DNA from: a virus
Reading direction: 5' to 3' (one strand)
Virus genome (UHGV): UHGV-0425465
Length of the DNA: 41,610 nt
Position 1 is the stretch's first letter, and every line of letters starts with the position of its first letter. This document shows positions 27,871 to 38,075 of this stretch, in pieces. Made by a program: the position numbers and the translations under genes. A model generated the notes under the pieces. That model worked only from the letters and a program-made list of their open reading frames with translations. It did no database searches and was not told the DNA's origin.

Positions 27871-28365
27871 ATGAGATTATATGAACTTACAGAACAGTAT
27901 CAGATTTTGCAGGATATGGCCTATGACCCAGAGGTGGACGAGCAGACGTTGCGGGATACTATGGAAGGCCTGTGGGGAGAAATCGAAGAAAAGGCAGACG
28001 GTTATGCCAAAATCATTACAGGCATGGAAGCCGACATTGAAGCCCTGAGGGAAGAGGAGGCGCGGCTCTATACGCGGCGTAAAAGGCTGGAGGACCGCAA
28101 GAAGTGGCTGAAGGACAACCTGGAGGCCAACATGCGTGAGATTGGGAAGACAAAATTCAAGACGGCCCTGTTCAGCTTCAACATCCAGAAGAATGGAGGC
28201 CTGCAGCCATTAATCATAGACGGGGCCATCGATGACATACCGGGACGCTTCCTTATCCCGCAGGACCCGGTCCCAAACAACGAGGCCATCCGTGGCCTGC
28301 TGGCGGAGAAGCAGGTTGACTGGGCCCACCTGGAGCCGCGCGGCGAGAGCCTGAGGATAAGGTGA
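27871..28365 (+). CDS. Siphovirus Gp157-family protein
   Basis: 164 aa; MRLYELTEQYQILQDM…coiled coil…KTKFKTALFSFNI; typical first gene of Sfi21-type replication modules. Confidence 0.65.
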   Translation: MRLYELTEQYQILQDMAYDPEVDEQTLRDTMEGLWGEIEEKADGYAKIITGMEADIEALREEEARLYTRRKRLEDRKKWLKDNLEANMREIGKTKFKTALFSFNIQKNGGLQPLIIDGAIDDIPGRFLIPQDPVPNNEAIRGLLAEKQVDWAHLEPRGESLRIR

Positions 28366-28598
28366 TGGCCGGGGGAGATATCACCCCGTTCCGGATGCAG
28401 GTGCTCATGGATGTGGCGGCCCGGATTGTGAAGGTTATGGTTACGGGTGCCTGGCATCTGTCTTTTGAAGAAATGGACATGGTATTGGCGCTGGTACGGA
28501 ACGGGATGGACGAGAGCGTGAAACGTAATATGAAAGGAGATAAGAAGGATGTTTTTAAAGACAGCGGAACTAAAGAAGATGATGAAGTCGGCGCTTAA
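28362..28598 (+). CDS. Hypothetical protein
   Basis: 78 aa. Confidence 0.35.
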   Translation: MMAGGDITPFRMQVLMDVAARIVKVMVTGAWHLSFEEMDMVLALVRNGMDESVKRNMKGDKKDVFKDSGTKEDDEVGA

Positions 28599-29223
28599 GA
28601 GTGCAGGGCTTTATGTGGGAAACATCGCGGGAAACTATCTGGTATATGGAAGTACGTGGGGATTGAGCACGGATGCGGAATACGCTTCCAATAAATTCAA
28701 GGCTGCACTTACTGAACTGATTGGGGATATTCCGGAACCCGGAGAGTGCTACAGGTACTATATGCAGGAGAAACAGGTGGCGCAGGATACATGCGTGGAT
28801 TACCCGGATATCTATGAAGCCTGGAAGGCAGCGAAGGACTATGCGGTGGGGACCCCGCTCAACTTTGTCTCTTGGCCCCATGAATTTAATGTATATCAAA
28901 TACATAGTAACGGAAAGTATGTGATTGTACCCAGGTCGCAGGTGTCAGATGTAATTAGCATGAAAGAACTGGATAGCACGGTTGAAGCCATGCCGGGCAG
29001 GCCAAGCTATCTGCTATGCACGCTGTACTGGAAGAATGACACCACTATTTATTGGGTCGCGACAGTAGAAACTGGTGAGCGTGCCAGAAACGCGCTGTTC
29101 CCAGCATTATCAGGGCTTGATTTCTTCCGTGAGGACTGGCTCCCGAAGGAAGATGAGGAAGGGACAGATAGTGGAGAGGCGGGAAAGGAATCCCTGGATG
29201 ATGAGGAGCTTCCTTATGCGTAA
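28579..29223 (+). CDS. Hypothetical protein (acidic C-terminus)
   Basis: About 215 aa; start uncertain (28549 or 28579). Confidence 0.4.
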   Translation: MMKSALKSAGLYVGNIAGNYLVYGSTWGLSTDAEYASNKFKAALTELIGDIPEPGECYRYYMQEKQVAQDTCVDYPDIYEAWKAAKDYAVGTPLNFVSWPHEFNVYQIHSNGKYVIVPRSQVSDVISMKELDSTVEAMPGRPSYLLCTLYWKNDTTIYWVATVETGERARNALFPALSGLDFFREDWLPKEDEEGTDSGEAGKESLDDEELPYA

Positions 29224-29241
29224 GAGAGAGGAGGGAAAGAA

Positions 29242-29904
29242 ATGGCAATACCGGTATTGATTATGGGAAAATCCGGTAGCGGAAAGTCCCGAAGCATGAA
29301 GAATTGTGTGGGAAAGGATTTTGGCTTAATCCGGGTGATTAATAAACCTTTACCATTCAAGGGAAAGATTGGCGGTACAGTAAGTGATAAATATGATTAT
29401 ATAAAGCAATGTCTAAAGAGCCCGAACTGGCCCAAATCCATCGTGATTGATGATGCGGGATATCTCATTACCGGACAGTTCATGGATGGGCACAGCACGA
29501 CAGGGAAAGGGAACGCAGTGTTCGGGCTATACAATCAGCTGGCGGACGATTTTTATCGCCTGATTAAGACCATTCAGGATGATGTTCCGGAAGACCGGAT
29601 TGTGTATGTCATCATGCATGAGGATACCAATGATTATGGGGACATCAAGCCTAAGACAATTGGAAAACTTCTAGACGAAAAGGTGTGTCTCGAAGGGTTG
29701 TTTACGGTAGTTCTTCGCTCAGTAAAAAGTGACCGTTATATATTCATCACACAGTCGCGTGATGGGGCAGTAAGCAAAGCGCCGGATGATATGTTTGAAA
29801 GTGTTGAGATTGATAATGACCTTCTCCTGGTGGATGATACAATCCGGGAGTATTACGGGATACAGAATCCAAAGAACTTAAAGGAGGACAAGCTGAATGA
29901 TTAA
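29242..29904 (+). CDS. AAA_24 / Sak4-like RecA-fold ATPase
   Basis: 220 aa; Walker A GKSGSGKS at the N-terminus; position after Gp157. Confidence 0.65.
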   Translation: MAIPVLIMGKSGSGKSRSMKNCVGKDFGLIRVINKPLPFKGKIGGTVSDKYDYIKQCLKSPNWPKSIVIDDAGYLITGQFMDGHSTTGKGNAVFGLYNQLADDFYRLIKTIQDDVPEDRIVYVIMHEDTNDYGDIKPKTIGKLLDEKVCLEGLFTVVLRSVKSDRYIFITQSRDGAVSKAPDDMFESVEIDNDLLLVDDTIREYYGIQNPKNLKEDKLND

Positions 29905-30502
29905 GAAACCACAAGGATATGACGAGGCAGCTGCCTATACTGGCGAATCACAGCAGCTGCCAAAAGGGAAGTATGAATGCATCATCAAGCAGGTGGCAGT
30001 CCAGGAATCAAAGAACGGGAACGCGCAGTTCGTAATCCTGTTTGATATCCTGACAGGTGAGCATAAGGATTTTTACCAGAAACTGTTTGACGCCGAGAAG
30101 ATCCAGAACCCTTCCAGCGCCAAGTGGAAAGGTGTGTTCAAGCAGAACATGGACGGGAAGGGCTTGTCCTGGTTCAAAGGTGTCATCACATCCATTGAGC
30201 GGACGAACAACTTCACCTTCCAGTGGGACAAGGAAGGTAACGAGAAGATGCTGGTTGGGAAACGGTTCGGGGGTGTATTCCGGCGCAGGCAGTTCGAGAC
30301 GGAGGACGGGAGCCGTCCCATCGTGACCGAACTGTTCCGGATCCGCAGCGTGGCAGGCCTTGCTGAGGCGGAAGTTCCAGAGGATGAACTTCTGCCGGAT
30401 GGTCCAGTACAGAGAAAAGTTCCTGACACTGCCAGTACGGTTGGGGATGGATTCATGAACATCCCAGATGGGGTTGAGGATGAGGGGATACCGTTCATGT
30501 AA
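29897..30502 (+). CDS. DUF669-family phage protein
   Basis: 201 aa; canonical partner of Sak4 in Sfi21-like modules. Confidence 0.55.
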   Translation: MIKKPQGYDEAAAYTGESQQLPKGKYECIIKQVAVQESKNGNAQFVILFDILTGEHKDFYQKLFDAEKIQNPSSAKWKGVFKQNMDGKGLSWFKGVITSIERTNNFTFQWDKEGNEKMLVGKRFGGVFRRRQFETEDGSRPIVTELFRIRSVAGLAEAEVPEDELLPDGPVQRKVPDTASTVGDGFMNIPDGVEDEGIPFM

Positions 30503-30545
30503 TTATGACCCGGAGTTGTTCCAGAAGGTCAGGGAAGGAGTCCCA

Positions 30546-31100
30546 ATGCGGCAGGTGGCAGAATTCTACGGCCTGCAGGTGAACCGGAAGGGGCTATGCC
30601 AGTGCCCCTTCCACCATGATACGAACCCCAGTCTTAAGATATATCCAGATGGGAAGGGGTTTTATTGCTTTACTTGTGGTACAGGTGGGGACCAGATAAA
30701 GTTCACAGCGTTGTACCGTGGAATCAGTAATACAGCAGCGGCACGGGAACTGGCTGCAGCCTTTGACATTCCTGTTAATGTGCCCGTGACATACCGGGAA
30801 AAGCGGGAGGCGGAGAAGATACAGCGCAGGCGACGCGAATTGGCAGTCTTTATACGGCGGTCAAGGATGTATTTGACCATTTACCGAGGCTTGCTTTGTA
30901 TGGCAGTCCGTGAACATAATGAGCATTTCTGGGAGGGACTGGGAAGTTTATCCCGCGTGGAATATCTGCTTGATTGTCTGGAGCAGTGTCCAGAAGAATT
31001 ATATGCAGACAAAAAGGCGGTGAAAAAGATTGGAGAAGTCGAAAGACGAATTGCTGACTGGTATGTCAGAATTGAGCCCGACGGAACCATTTCCAGATGA
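30546..31100 (+). CDS. Primase zinc-finger (CHC2) domain protein
   Basis: CQCPFHHDTNPSLKIY…YCFTCGTGGDQIKF = DnaG-type CHC2 zinc finger; RBS GGAAGGAG. Confidence 0.65.
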   Translation: MRQVAEFYGLQVNRKGLCQCPFHHDTNPSLKIYPDGKGFYCFTCGTGGDQIKFTALYRGISNTAAARELAAAFDIPVNVPVTYREKREAEKIQRRRRELAVFIRRSRMYLTIYRGLLCMAVREHNEHFWEGLGSLSRVEYLLDCLEQCPEELYADKKAVKKIGEVERRIADWYVRIEPDGTISR

Positions 31101-32925
31101 GGTATTCTACCAGATATTTGAGATTGAGGACAATGTGGAACGGACCCAGTATATTGAGGCATTGCGGAATACTGCCAGGAGACTGAAAAGGGCAACGGAA
31201 TTCAACAACGTCTATAAATCCTTTGTCCTGGATTATGCCCAGAGGCAGAAGCAGACCGGGCAGAAGACGAGGTTCACGGACCAGCCGATGGAACTGGTCT
31301 GCGGTGAATGGACCGCAAACGACCTTGGGGTCAGGGCGGTACATTATGATAAGAACGCACTGCCGGTACCGGCAGTGGCCTGCAGCCATCCCATCCTTCC
31401 GGTGGAGATACTGAAAAACGTGGATACGGCCCAGGAACGCATCACATTGGCCTATTTCAAGTCCGCCATGTGGCAGACCATCACGGTGGACAGGAGTGTG
31501 TGCGCCAATACAAATAAGATTGTGGACGCACTGAGCCAGTTCGGCATAGAGGTGACATCTGATAATGCGAAGAACATGGTCCGCTATATATCAGAGTGTG
31601 TGGGGCTCAACCCATTAACCCTCAACCCGAAGAAATCCATCAACCGCCTGGGATGGGTGGGGAGTTCATTCACCCCTTACGCCGAAGATATCCGCTATGA
31701 GGGCGACATGGACTATGAGGTAATCTTCCGGAATGTGAAGGAAGCGGGCAGTTTTGACACCTGGCGGGATTTATGTGCCGGCCTGCGGCAGAATATCCCA
31801 CTCCGGATGATGATGGCTGCCAGCTTTGCGTCCGTATTGCTGGAGCCCCTGAAAGTCCTACCATTCGTCCTTCATGTCTGGGGGACAACCGGGACCTGTA
31901 AGACGGTTGCACTGATGGTATCCATGAGTATCTGGGGGAATCCCAAGATGGGTGGCCTGGTCAAGACCATGAACATGACTAAAAATGCCATTATGCGCAA
32001 TGCATCATTTTTATGCAGCATTCCCTTTGCCGGGGATGAACTGCAGACCATCAAGGATAAGTGGCAGGGGAATTTTGACCAGCTTATATACCAGATAACG
32101 GAGGGGGTTGACCGTGGCCGCGCAAGGGCTTATGGAGGCGTGGAAGAGACCAGGACCTGGAAGAACAGCTTCCTGTTCACGGGAGAAGAGCCGATAACCA
32201 AGGCGAACTCCGGTGGTGGCTCTAAAAACCGTGTGATTGAGATAGCAATCGATGGCCCGCTGGTGGATGATGGGCACCATGTCAGCAGTGTGGTCCAGGA
32301 GAATTATGGGTTTGCGGGGAGGAAGTTCGTGGAATACCTACAGGGGCAGGAAACGGAAAAGATTGTGGGACGTTATAGGGAAATCTTTGACGAATTATGC
32401 AAACTGGAAACGACCGATAAGCAGGCAATGGCTATGGCCTGTATCCTGCTGGCGGACGAAATCGCGGTAAGGCTGTTTTTTACGGAGGAGCAGGCGCTCC
32501 GTGTGGAGCAGGTAAAACAGTACCTCCAGAGTGCATATGAGGTTGATGTAGCGGAGAGGGCTTATCAGTCAGTCTTAAACTGGGCGGCAAAGAACCCAGT
32601 CCGTTTTGAGGACCCAAAGGCCGACAGCTCACCGAATAAAGGCGAGGTGTGGGGGAAAATTGACGATAATCTCCTGATTGTAAACCGTGACGTATTATTG
32701 GCCTATCTGGATCAGGGAGGGTTTGACTATACTGCTGTCAGCAGGAAATGGAACGATAAGGGATACCTGAAGAGGACACCGCAGGGGAAATTCATACATA
32801 ACACAAAGGTGTATGGGATTAAGTCAAGCTATGTCAAAATCATCCTGCCACAGGATGATGACAATACGGATTCGGATGGATTTATGGTAGTTGATGGAGA
32901 ACAGGGGAGGCTCCCGTTTGATTAA
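31030..32925 (+). CDS. Phage primase/helicase (VirE/P4-D5-like, SF3-type P-loop)
   Basis: 631 aa; Walker A GTTGTCKT; follows the CHC2 primase domain gene. Confidence 0.6.
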   Translation: MEKSKDELLTGMSELSPTEPFPDEVFYQIFEIEDNVERTQYIEALRNTARRLKRATEFNNVYKSFVLDYAQRQKQTGQKTRFTDQPMELVCGEWTANDLGVRAVHYDKNALPVPAVACSHPILPVEILKNVDTAQERITLAYFKSAMWQTITVDRSVCANTNKIVDALSQFGIEVTSDNAKNMVRYISECVGLNPLTLNPKKSINRLGWVGSSFTPYAEDIRYEGDMDYEVIFRNVKEAGSFDTWRDLCAGLRQNIPLRMMMAASFASVLLEPLKVLPFVLHVWGTTGTCKTVALMVSMSIWGNPKMGGLVKTMNMTKNAIMRNASFLCSIPFAGDELQTIKDKWQGNFDQLIYQITEGVDRGRARAYGGVEETRTWKNSFLFTGEEPITKANSGGGSKNRVIEIAIDGPLVDDGHHVSSVVQENYGFAGRKFVEYLQGQETEKIVGRYREIFDELCKLETTDKQAMAMACILLADEIAVRLFFTEEQALRVEQVKQYLQSAYEVDVAERAYQSVLNWAAKNPVRFEDPKADSSPNKGEVWGKIDDNLLIVNRDVLLAYLDQGGFDYTAVSRKWNDKGYLKRTPQGKFIHNTKVYGIKSSYVKIILPQDDDNTDSDGFMVVDGEQGRLPFD

Positions 32926-32929
32926 GAAA

Positions 32930-33235
32930 GGGGGTCCAACCAGTCCAACCTTGCACTTTTTTTAGGTTGGACCCTGAAACCCGCATAAAATAAGGCTTTT
33001 TTATATACAGTCCAACCATCCAACCAGTCCAACCATTTTATATATATCGTATGGGGAGAGAAAAAGTTTGTATAAAATTTAACAAATATAGTTTTGCTCT
33101 AAAAATATACAGTTATGCAACCGGATTTTAGGTTGGACGGTTGGACCATACGTAAAATCAAGGGTTTCCGGGCCTGATTTGGTCCAAAACCCGGTTGGAC
33201 GACCTTGAAAAACGGTTGGACCATAAGAAAAAAAA
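32930..33235. repeat. Iteron array (GTCCAACC / GGTTGGAC about 10 copies, both orientations): putative replication origin
   Basis: Direct and inverted 8-mers clustered in an AT-rich 300-bp intergenic region right after the primase/helicase gene. Confidence 0.65.
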
Positions 33236-33249
33236 AGGAGGATTGAAGA

Positions 33250-33639
33250 ATGAGGATACCAATCATCAGGGTGAAAGACGGTGATTATGAACATATCGTA
33301 GGGACCAACAGCCATGATGTCCTGTATATAGACGAAAGAAGCGGAGGGATCCAGTACCTGAACATGCAGTGCTGTGAAGGAACGAAAAAGTTTGGGGCTG
33401 GACAGGCAATGCAGTTTGTTGGGGAGCCTATGGAGGAATATGATGTGCTTGGTCCGGAAATCAGGTTCGTGACAGTGGAGGAACTGATTGGGATTGCCGT
33501 GGAACACATGAAGGAAAGCACGGAAAATAAGATAAGGCTTCATGAGATGGCAAAGGTGTATCTGGAGGAAAAAGTAAAATGTCAGAAGCGGCTGGAAAAC
33601 GATGATGTGAGGGATTCCAGTGGGGCGCTTCCCTTCTAA
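33250..33639 (+). CDS. Hypothetical protein
   Basis: 129 aa; RBS AAAGGAGGATTGAAGA. Confidence 0.4.
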   Translation: MRIPIIRVKDGDYEHIVGTNSHDVLYIDERSGGIQYLNMQCCEGTKKFGAGQAMQFVGEPMEEYDVLGPEIRFVTVEELIGIAVEHMKESTENKIRLHEMAKVYLEEKVKCQKRLENDDVRDSSGALPF

Positions 33640-33649
33640 GGAGGATATC

Positions 33650-34099
33650 ATGGGAAATAAAAGTACAGGGACACAGTTTGAAAAGGAGTTTGCTGACATC
33701 CTGGCGGCCAACTGGTTCTGGGTGCATCTATTCCAGGATAATAAAAACGGGCAGCCCTGTGACGTGATTGCGGCCAGGAATGGGCATACATACCTGTTTG
33801 ACTGCAAGGACTGCCAGGGGGATTCCTTCCCGCTGAAGCGGATGGAGGAAAACCAGTACAACGCCATGCGCCTGTTTGAACTGACAGGCAACAGCCGCGG
33901 GCAGTTCGCCATCCGGTTCAGACAGGGCGGGATATATCTCATGGATTACTGGCAGCTGAAGGCATTACGGGATAATGGGATGAAGAGTATTGACAGGGCC
34001 GGCTGCCAGCTGTACGGGATGGATTTCCAGGCATGGCTGGCTGACAGGGGCAATGTGGACGGATGGGGTGGTGAGGATGCATGTCACGATTGGGAGTGA
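33650..34099 (+). CDS. PD-(D/E)xK nuclease (VRR-NUC / Holliday-junction-resolvase-like)
   Basis: 149 aa; E…D(VIAARNG)…FDCK motif arrangement; RBS AGGAGGATATC. Confidence 0.5.
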   Translation: MGNKSTGTQFEKEFADILAANWFWVHLFQDNKNGQPCDVIAARNGHTYLFDCKDCQGDSFPLKRMEENQYNAMRLFELTGNSRGQFAIRFRQGGIYLMDYWQLKALRDNGMKSIDRAGCQLYGMDFQAWLADRGNVDGWGGEDACHDWE

Positions 34100-35459
34100 G
34101 ATAAGGGTAAGGGATGCAGGGAAACCGGTATATGACTGGTGCAATGAGAACCTGATACTGCCGAACCCGGAATATACAGACCGGACCCGCAGGGGGCTCT
34201 GGACGGGGAATACACCGCGATACCTATGGCTCTACCGCGTAGAAGGCAGCGACCTGGTCATCCCGGTCGGCGTAGGGAAGCAGTTCAGGCAGTTCATGAG
34301 ACCGGAGGATACGGTGGAGATACAGCTTGCGGATAACGGGAAGATGGAGTATGCGGGAGAGATCCCCCTGTATGACTACCAGGAACCGGCAGTCAGGGCC
34401 ATGAGCCATAAGAGCTGCGGGATCCTGCAGAGCCCGTGCGGTTCCGGCAAGACACAGATGGGGATTGCCCTGGCGGCCGCATTATCACGCAGGACCTTAT
34501 GGATCACACACACACAGGACCTGCTTACCCAATCCTTCGACCGGGCAGCCCAGTACCTACCGAAGGAGACCCTTGGGAAGATAACAGCAGGGAAGGTGCA
34601 CATAGGCAGCCATATGACATTCGCAACGGTCCAGACATTGTGCAGGCTGGACCTGTCCCTATATCGGGACAGCTGGGATGTAATCATTGTTGACGAATGC
34701 CACAGGCTGGCTGGCACGCCTACGCAGATGACCATGTTCTATAGGGTCATGAACAGCCTGGCGGCGCGGTATAAATATGGCCTGTCAGCTACGGTATACC
34801 GGTCGGATGGGATGATCAGGAGTACCTTCGCGGTCCTGGGTCCGGTGGAATACCGGGTTCCGGATGATGCGGTTGCGGATAAGACAATGAAGGTACGGGT
34901 CGTGCAGCGGGATACAGGGATAGAGGCCAGCCGGTGCTGCCTGGATACGGATGGGACATTAGATTATGGAAAACTTATCCCATATCTGACAGGCAACAGT
35001 CAAAGAAATGGGATGATTGTGAAGGACCTTCTGAATAACGCGGTGTGCTGGAACCTGGTTTTGTCCGACCGCCTGGAACATCTCAGGACCCTTATGAACC
35101 TGTTGCCAGAGGAATACAGGCCATTTGCTGTAATGATTGATGGTAGCATGACAAGCAAGACAGGCAGGGCTGCCAGGGAGAAGGCAATTGAAGATATGCG
35201 GAACGGGAAGAAGCATTTCCTATTTGCCAGCTATTCCCTGGCCAAGGAAGGACTGGATATACCGCGTCTTGACCGGTTATACATGACCACACCTAAAAAG
35301 GATTTTGCGGTGGTCACACAGAGCATTGGAAGGATAGCAAGGGTATTTCAGGGTAAGGGCGATGCAATATGCTATGACTATGTGGATGATATCCAGTTCT
35401 GTCAGAATCAATACAAGCGCCGTCGAGCGCATTACAAGAAGGCGGGGTGCATCTTATGA
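34077..35459 (+). CDS. DEAD/DEAH-box (SF2) helicase
   Basis: Walker A SPCGSGKT, DECH box (IIVDECHR), C-terminal helicase domain. Confidence 0.7.
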   Translation: MHVTIGSEIRVRDAGKPVYDWCNENLILPNPEYTDRTRRGLWTGNTPRYLWLYRVEGSDLVIPVGVGKQFRQFMRPEDTVEIQLADNGKMEYAGEIPLYDYQEPAVRAMSHKSCGILQSPCGSGKTQMGIALAAALSRRTLWITHTQDLLTQSFDRAAQYLPKETLGKITAGKVHIGSHMTFATVQTLCRLDLSLYRDSWDVIIVDECHRLAGTPTQMTMFYRVMNSLAARYKYGLSATVYRSDGMIRSTFAVLGPVEYRVPDDAVADKTMKVRVVQRDTGIEASRCCLDTDGTLDYGKLIPYLTGNSQRNGMIVKDLLNNAVCWNLVLSDRLEHLRTLMNLLPEEYRPFAVMIDGSMTSKTGRAAREKAIEDMRNGKKHFLFASYSLAKEGLDIPRLDRLYMTTPKKDFAVVTQSIGRIARVFQGKGDAICYDYVDDIQFCQNQYKRRRAHYKKAGCIL

Positions 35460-35698
35460 CCACAAAAGGGCAGATAGAACGAGATAAAGAAAATGGGAAG
35501 CTTGTAAAAGGCGTGTTCTGCGATGCATACAACTTTTACTTGAAGTATCACGGAAAACCTATGGAGCCTGGCACGTGGGACGGAGCGACGAGGGATTTTG
35601 CTGATATCATGGGGAAGTACAATGGAGCACCGATTTGCGGCAGGCTGATGCTGGCTACCTTCTCACAGCTGGAGGAAGAGACACGATGGATAGGGTAA
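35455..35698 (+). CDS. Hypothetical protein
   Basis: About 80 aa. Confidence 0.3.
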
Positions 35699-35896
35699 AA
35701 GAAAAAAAAACAACCGGAATCCCCGGTTTATATCTGCAGCCAGTGCGGACAGGAGATAAGCGGGGACCATGTTTATATCAAGACAAAGCGGCAGACGGAG
35801 CTGCACATACACTTCGGATGCATGCCGGGGAGGCGTAGTAGAAACGAATGATATCATAAATCGATGTTTTGAAAATCAAGAAAGGAGGCTGGAGCG

Positions 35897-37063
35897 GTGG
35901 CCACCGTGACAGGATATCCTGGCTCCTTTCGTAAAATGGAAAAGATAGAATTAACCACGGAAGAGTGGAAAGCAGAGAAAAAGAAAAAAAAGGCCCAGAT
36001 GGTAGCTATGCAGGCCTTGCCCTATGAAGTTAAGGTGAAGCGGGCAGAACTGCGGGCCAGGGAATACATAGAAAAATTGGATGACATGGAGCTGAACGCC
36101 CATGTGAGCGTTGGTGGCTTGGACAGTATTGTGCTGTTGCTGTTTCTGCGGAAGATTGGCATTGATGTTCCGGCCATATCGGTATCGGCTTTAGAGGACA
36201 AGAGTATTCAGCGAATCCATCGGGAATTAGGAGTAATACCGATTGCCCCAGGAAAATCCAAGGTACAAATTTTACAAGAGTATGGCTTCCCGGTTATCTC
36301 CAAGAAAATTGCCGGAAGAATCGAAACCTTACAGAATCCTACAGACAAGAATAGGACAGTTCGCCATGCAATCATTACAGGTGAATGTGGTGCCCAGGGA
36401 CATTATGCCAAGAACAGCCGTATGAAGCTGCCGAAAAAGTGGTTGGAGCAGTTTGCAGGATATGAAAATGAGAATGAGGGCGTGAATTATAGGATTGCAC
36501 CTTTCAAGGTTAGCAACAAGTGCTGTCTGTACATGAAAGAACAGCCTTGCGACAAGTGGGCAAAAGAACACAAGAGCCGGCCCTACCTGGGGCTGATGGC
36601 GTCAGAAGGGGGACAGCGGGAGGAAGCGCTGACAGAACACGGCTGTAACTATTTCGGCAAGGGAGTCATCCGTAGCGCACCATTTGCGCCATTCCTGCGT
36701 CAGGACCTTTTACAATTGGCACTTGACCTTAATGCGCCGGTGCCGGAGATATATGGGACGATTGAGCGTAGGCCAGATGGAACCCTGTACACCACAGGGG
36801 CACAGCGGACGGGCTGCAGTATGTGTGGTTTTGGTGTCCACATGGAACAGCGTCCACACCGGTTCGACCAGCTACGGGTCAGGAACCAGAAAGAATGGGA
36901 ATTTTGGATGTACCGCTGTTGTACGGACCCAGAGACTGGCGAGAAATTCGGTTGGGGCCGGGTGCTGGATTACATCGGCGTTGAGTGGGAGAATGTACCG
37001 GATGGAGTAGACTTGCCTGGGCAGATAGATTTTTTTACAGGTGGGTTTATTTCACAAAATTAG
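35897..37063 (+). CDS. PP-loop ATP-pyrophosphatase (PAPS-reductase/DndC-like) family protein
   Basis: 388 aa; SVGGLDS = SGGxDS PP-loop; C-terminal Cys cluster (KCCLYM, GCNYFG, GCSMCGFG); GTG start with AAAGGAGG RBS. Confidence 0.6.
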   Translation: MATVTGYPGSFRKMEKIELTTEEWKAEKKKKKAQMVAMQALPYEVKVKRAELRAREYIEKLDDMELNAHVSVGGLDSIVLLLFLRKIGIDVPAISVSALEDKSIQRIHRELGVIPIAPGKSKVQILQEYGFPVISKKIAGRIETLQNPTDKNRTVRHAIITGECGAQGHYAKNSRMKLPKKWLEQFAGYENENEGVNYRIAPFKVSNKCCLYMKEQPCDKWAKEHKSRPYLGLMASEGGQREEALTEHGCNYFGKGVIRSAPFAPFLRQDLLQLALDLNAPVPEIYGTIERRPDGTLYTTGAQRTGCSMCGFGVHMEQRPHRFDQLRVRNQKEWEFWMYRCCTDPETGEKFGWGRVLDYIGVEWENVPDGVDLPGQIDFFTGGFISQN

Positions 37064-37097
37064 CGTTTTCCGGGAAAGCCGGAGAAAGGAAAAGAGG

Positions 37098-37274
37098 ATG
37101 GAGACAAGAGTTTTTGAGCGAGATGGAAAGACATGGACCAGATTCAAAGTTAAAGTAAAAGAACTGCGGATATATGCCAGATTATTAAAAAAATGGGTGG
37201 ACATTGAAAAACCGGTTAAACAGAGTAGTCGGTACATATATTTTGAGGCTGAGGGTGATTTGCTCAATAATTAA
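37098..37274 (+). CDS. Small basic hypothetical protein
   Basis: 58 aa; preceded by the conserved stem-loop motif. Confidence 0.4.
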   Translation: METRVFERDGKTWTRFKVKVKELRIYARLLKKWVDIEKPVKQSSRYIYFEAEGDLLNN

Positions 37275-37308
37275 GATTTCCGGGAGAGCCGGAGGAAAGG
37301 GAGCCGAA

Positions 37309-37452
37309 ATGGAAGAATTGAAGTCTTGTTCATTTTGTGGAAACATTAAAAAAATAGTGTGTGATGCAATCAATATGGTCTGGGCTGGCGCGATGATTGG
37401 CGGTGGAGTAGCGATTGGATTCTTTGCAGTGTGTGCATTATTGATTCATTAA
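37309..37452 (+). CDS. Small membrane protein (47 aa)
   Basis: CSFCG then one TM helix; preceded by the second copy of the stem-loop motif. Confidence 0.4.
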   Translation: MEELKSCSFCGNIKKIVCDAINMVWAGAMIGGGVAIGFFAVCALLIH

Positions 37453-37665
37453 TTTAGGATTTGAGAAATAAAAAAGAGCCTTGCGGCTCTGCCCGACGTT
37501 TTCGCTGGCCTGTGCACCGGCCTGGAACTTAATCCGAGGGCGAGGAATTGCAACCACACAAGGGTCTACTGACGGCTTTGCGTTCCCTGTTATTTAATAT
37601 CATTATAACAGATTTGTTTACAAAATCAATAAGAAAATTAGCGATATTGTGCAGAAAGGATAATC

Positions 37666-37830
37666 ATGAATGGATTAATTGGTATGTGGCTTATGTTTTC
37701 CGCAGTCATCTTCGGATGCATTTGTCTATTCGGGATGGATTTTACATTTAAACAAAAGATTTGGGCGATGGTGCATTTTGAAATGTTTATAACTGCACTT
37801 TTAGCAGGAGCGTACTTTTTGAGTAAGTGA
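37666..37830 (+). CDS. Small membrane protein (54 aa, putative)
   Basis: Two hydrophobic stretches; RBS AAAGGA; under the ORF-track length cutoff. Confidence 0.3.
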   Translation: MNGLIGMWLMFSAVIFGCICLFGMDFTFKQKIWAMVHFEMFITALLAGAYFLSK

Positions 37831-37871
37831 TGGGGAAACCGAATATTAGTATTTAGGAGGTACAAAGCAGA

Positions 37872-38060
37872 ATGAAAGCGTTTCAGTGCAGCCGGTGTGT
37901 GCAGTTACAGCAGGATGATTTATCAGATAAGGTTTTCTGCCCTTTTGCTCAGCCGGTGCCTAGATATCGTGATAAATCAGACAGGGAGTTGTGCTTGGCG
38001 GCATTTAAGTCGTTGTCGCCAGAACGACAATGGCATGAGCGATTCGGATGGGAAAATTAA
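37872..38060 (+). CDS. Small Cys-containing hypothetical protein
   Basis: 62 aa; RBS TTAGGAGGTACAAAGCAGA ATG. Confidence 0.45.
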   Translation: MKAFQCSRCVQLQQDDLSDKVFCPFAQPVPRYRDKSDRELCLAAFKSLSPERQWHERFGWEN

Positions 38061-38075
38061 TATTTAGGTGAGTAG

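Noticed and set aside
33079-33942. 287-aa minus-strand ORF across the iteron origin and two plus-strand genes
   Set aside because: Antisense to well-supported genes and runs through the iteron origin; considered spurious.
37453-37665. tRNA gene in the GC-rich patch after the small membrane protein gene
   Set aside because: No cloverleaf could be built: no GTGGC/TAGC D-arm or GGTTCGAATCC T-arm consensus; only a short hairpin (AGAGCC-TTGC-GGCTCT).
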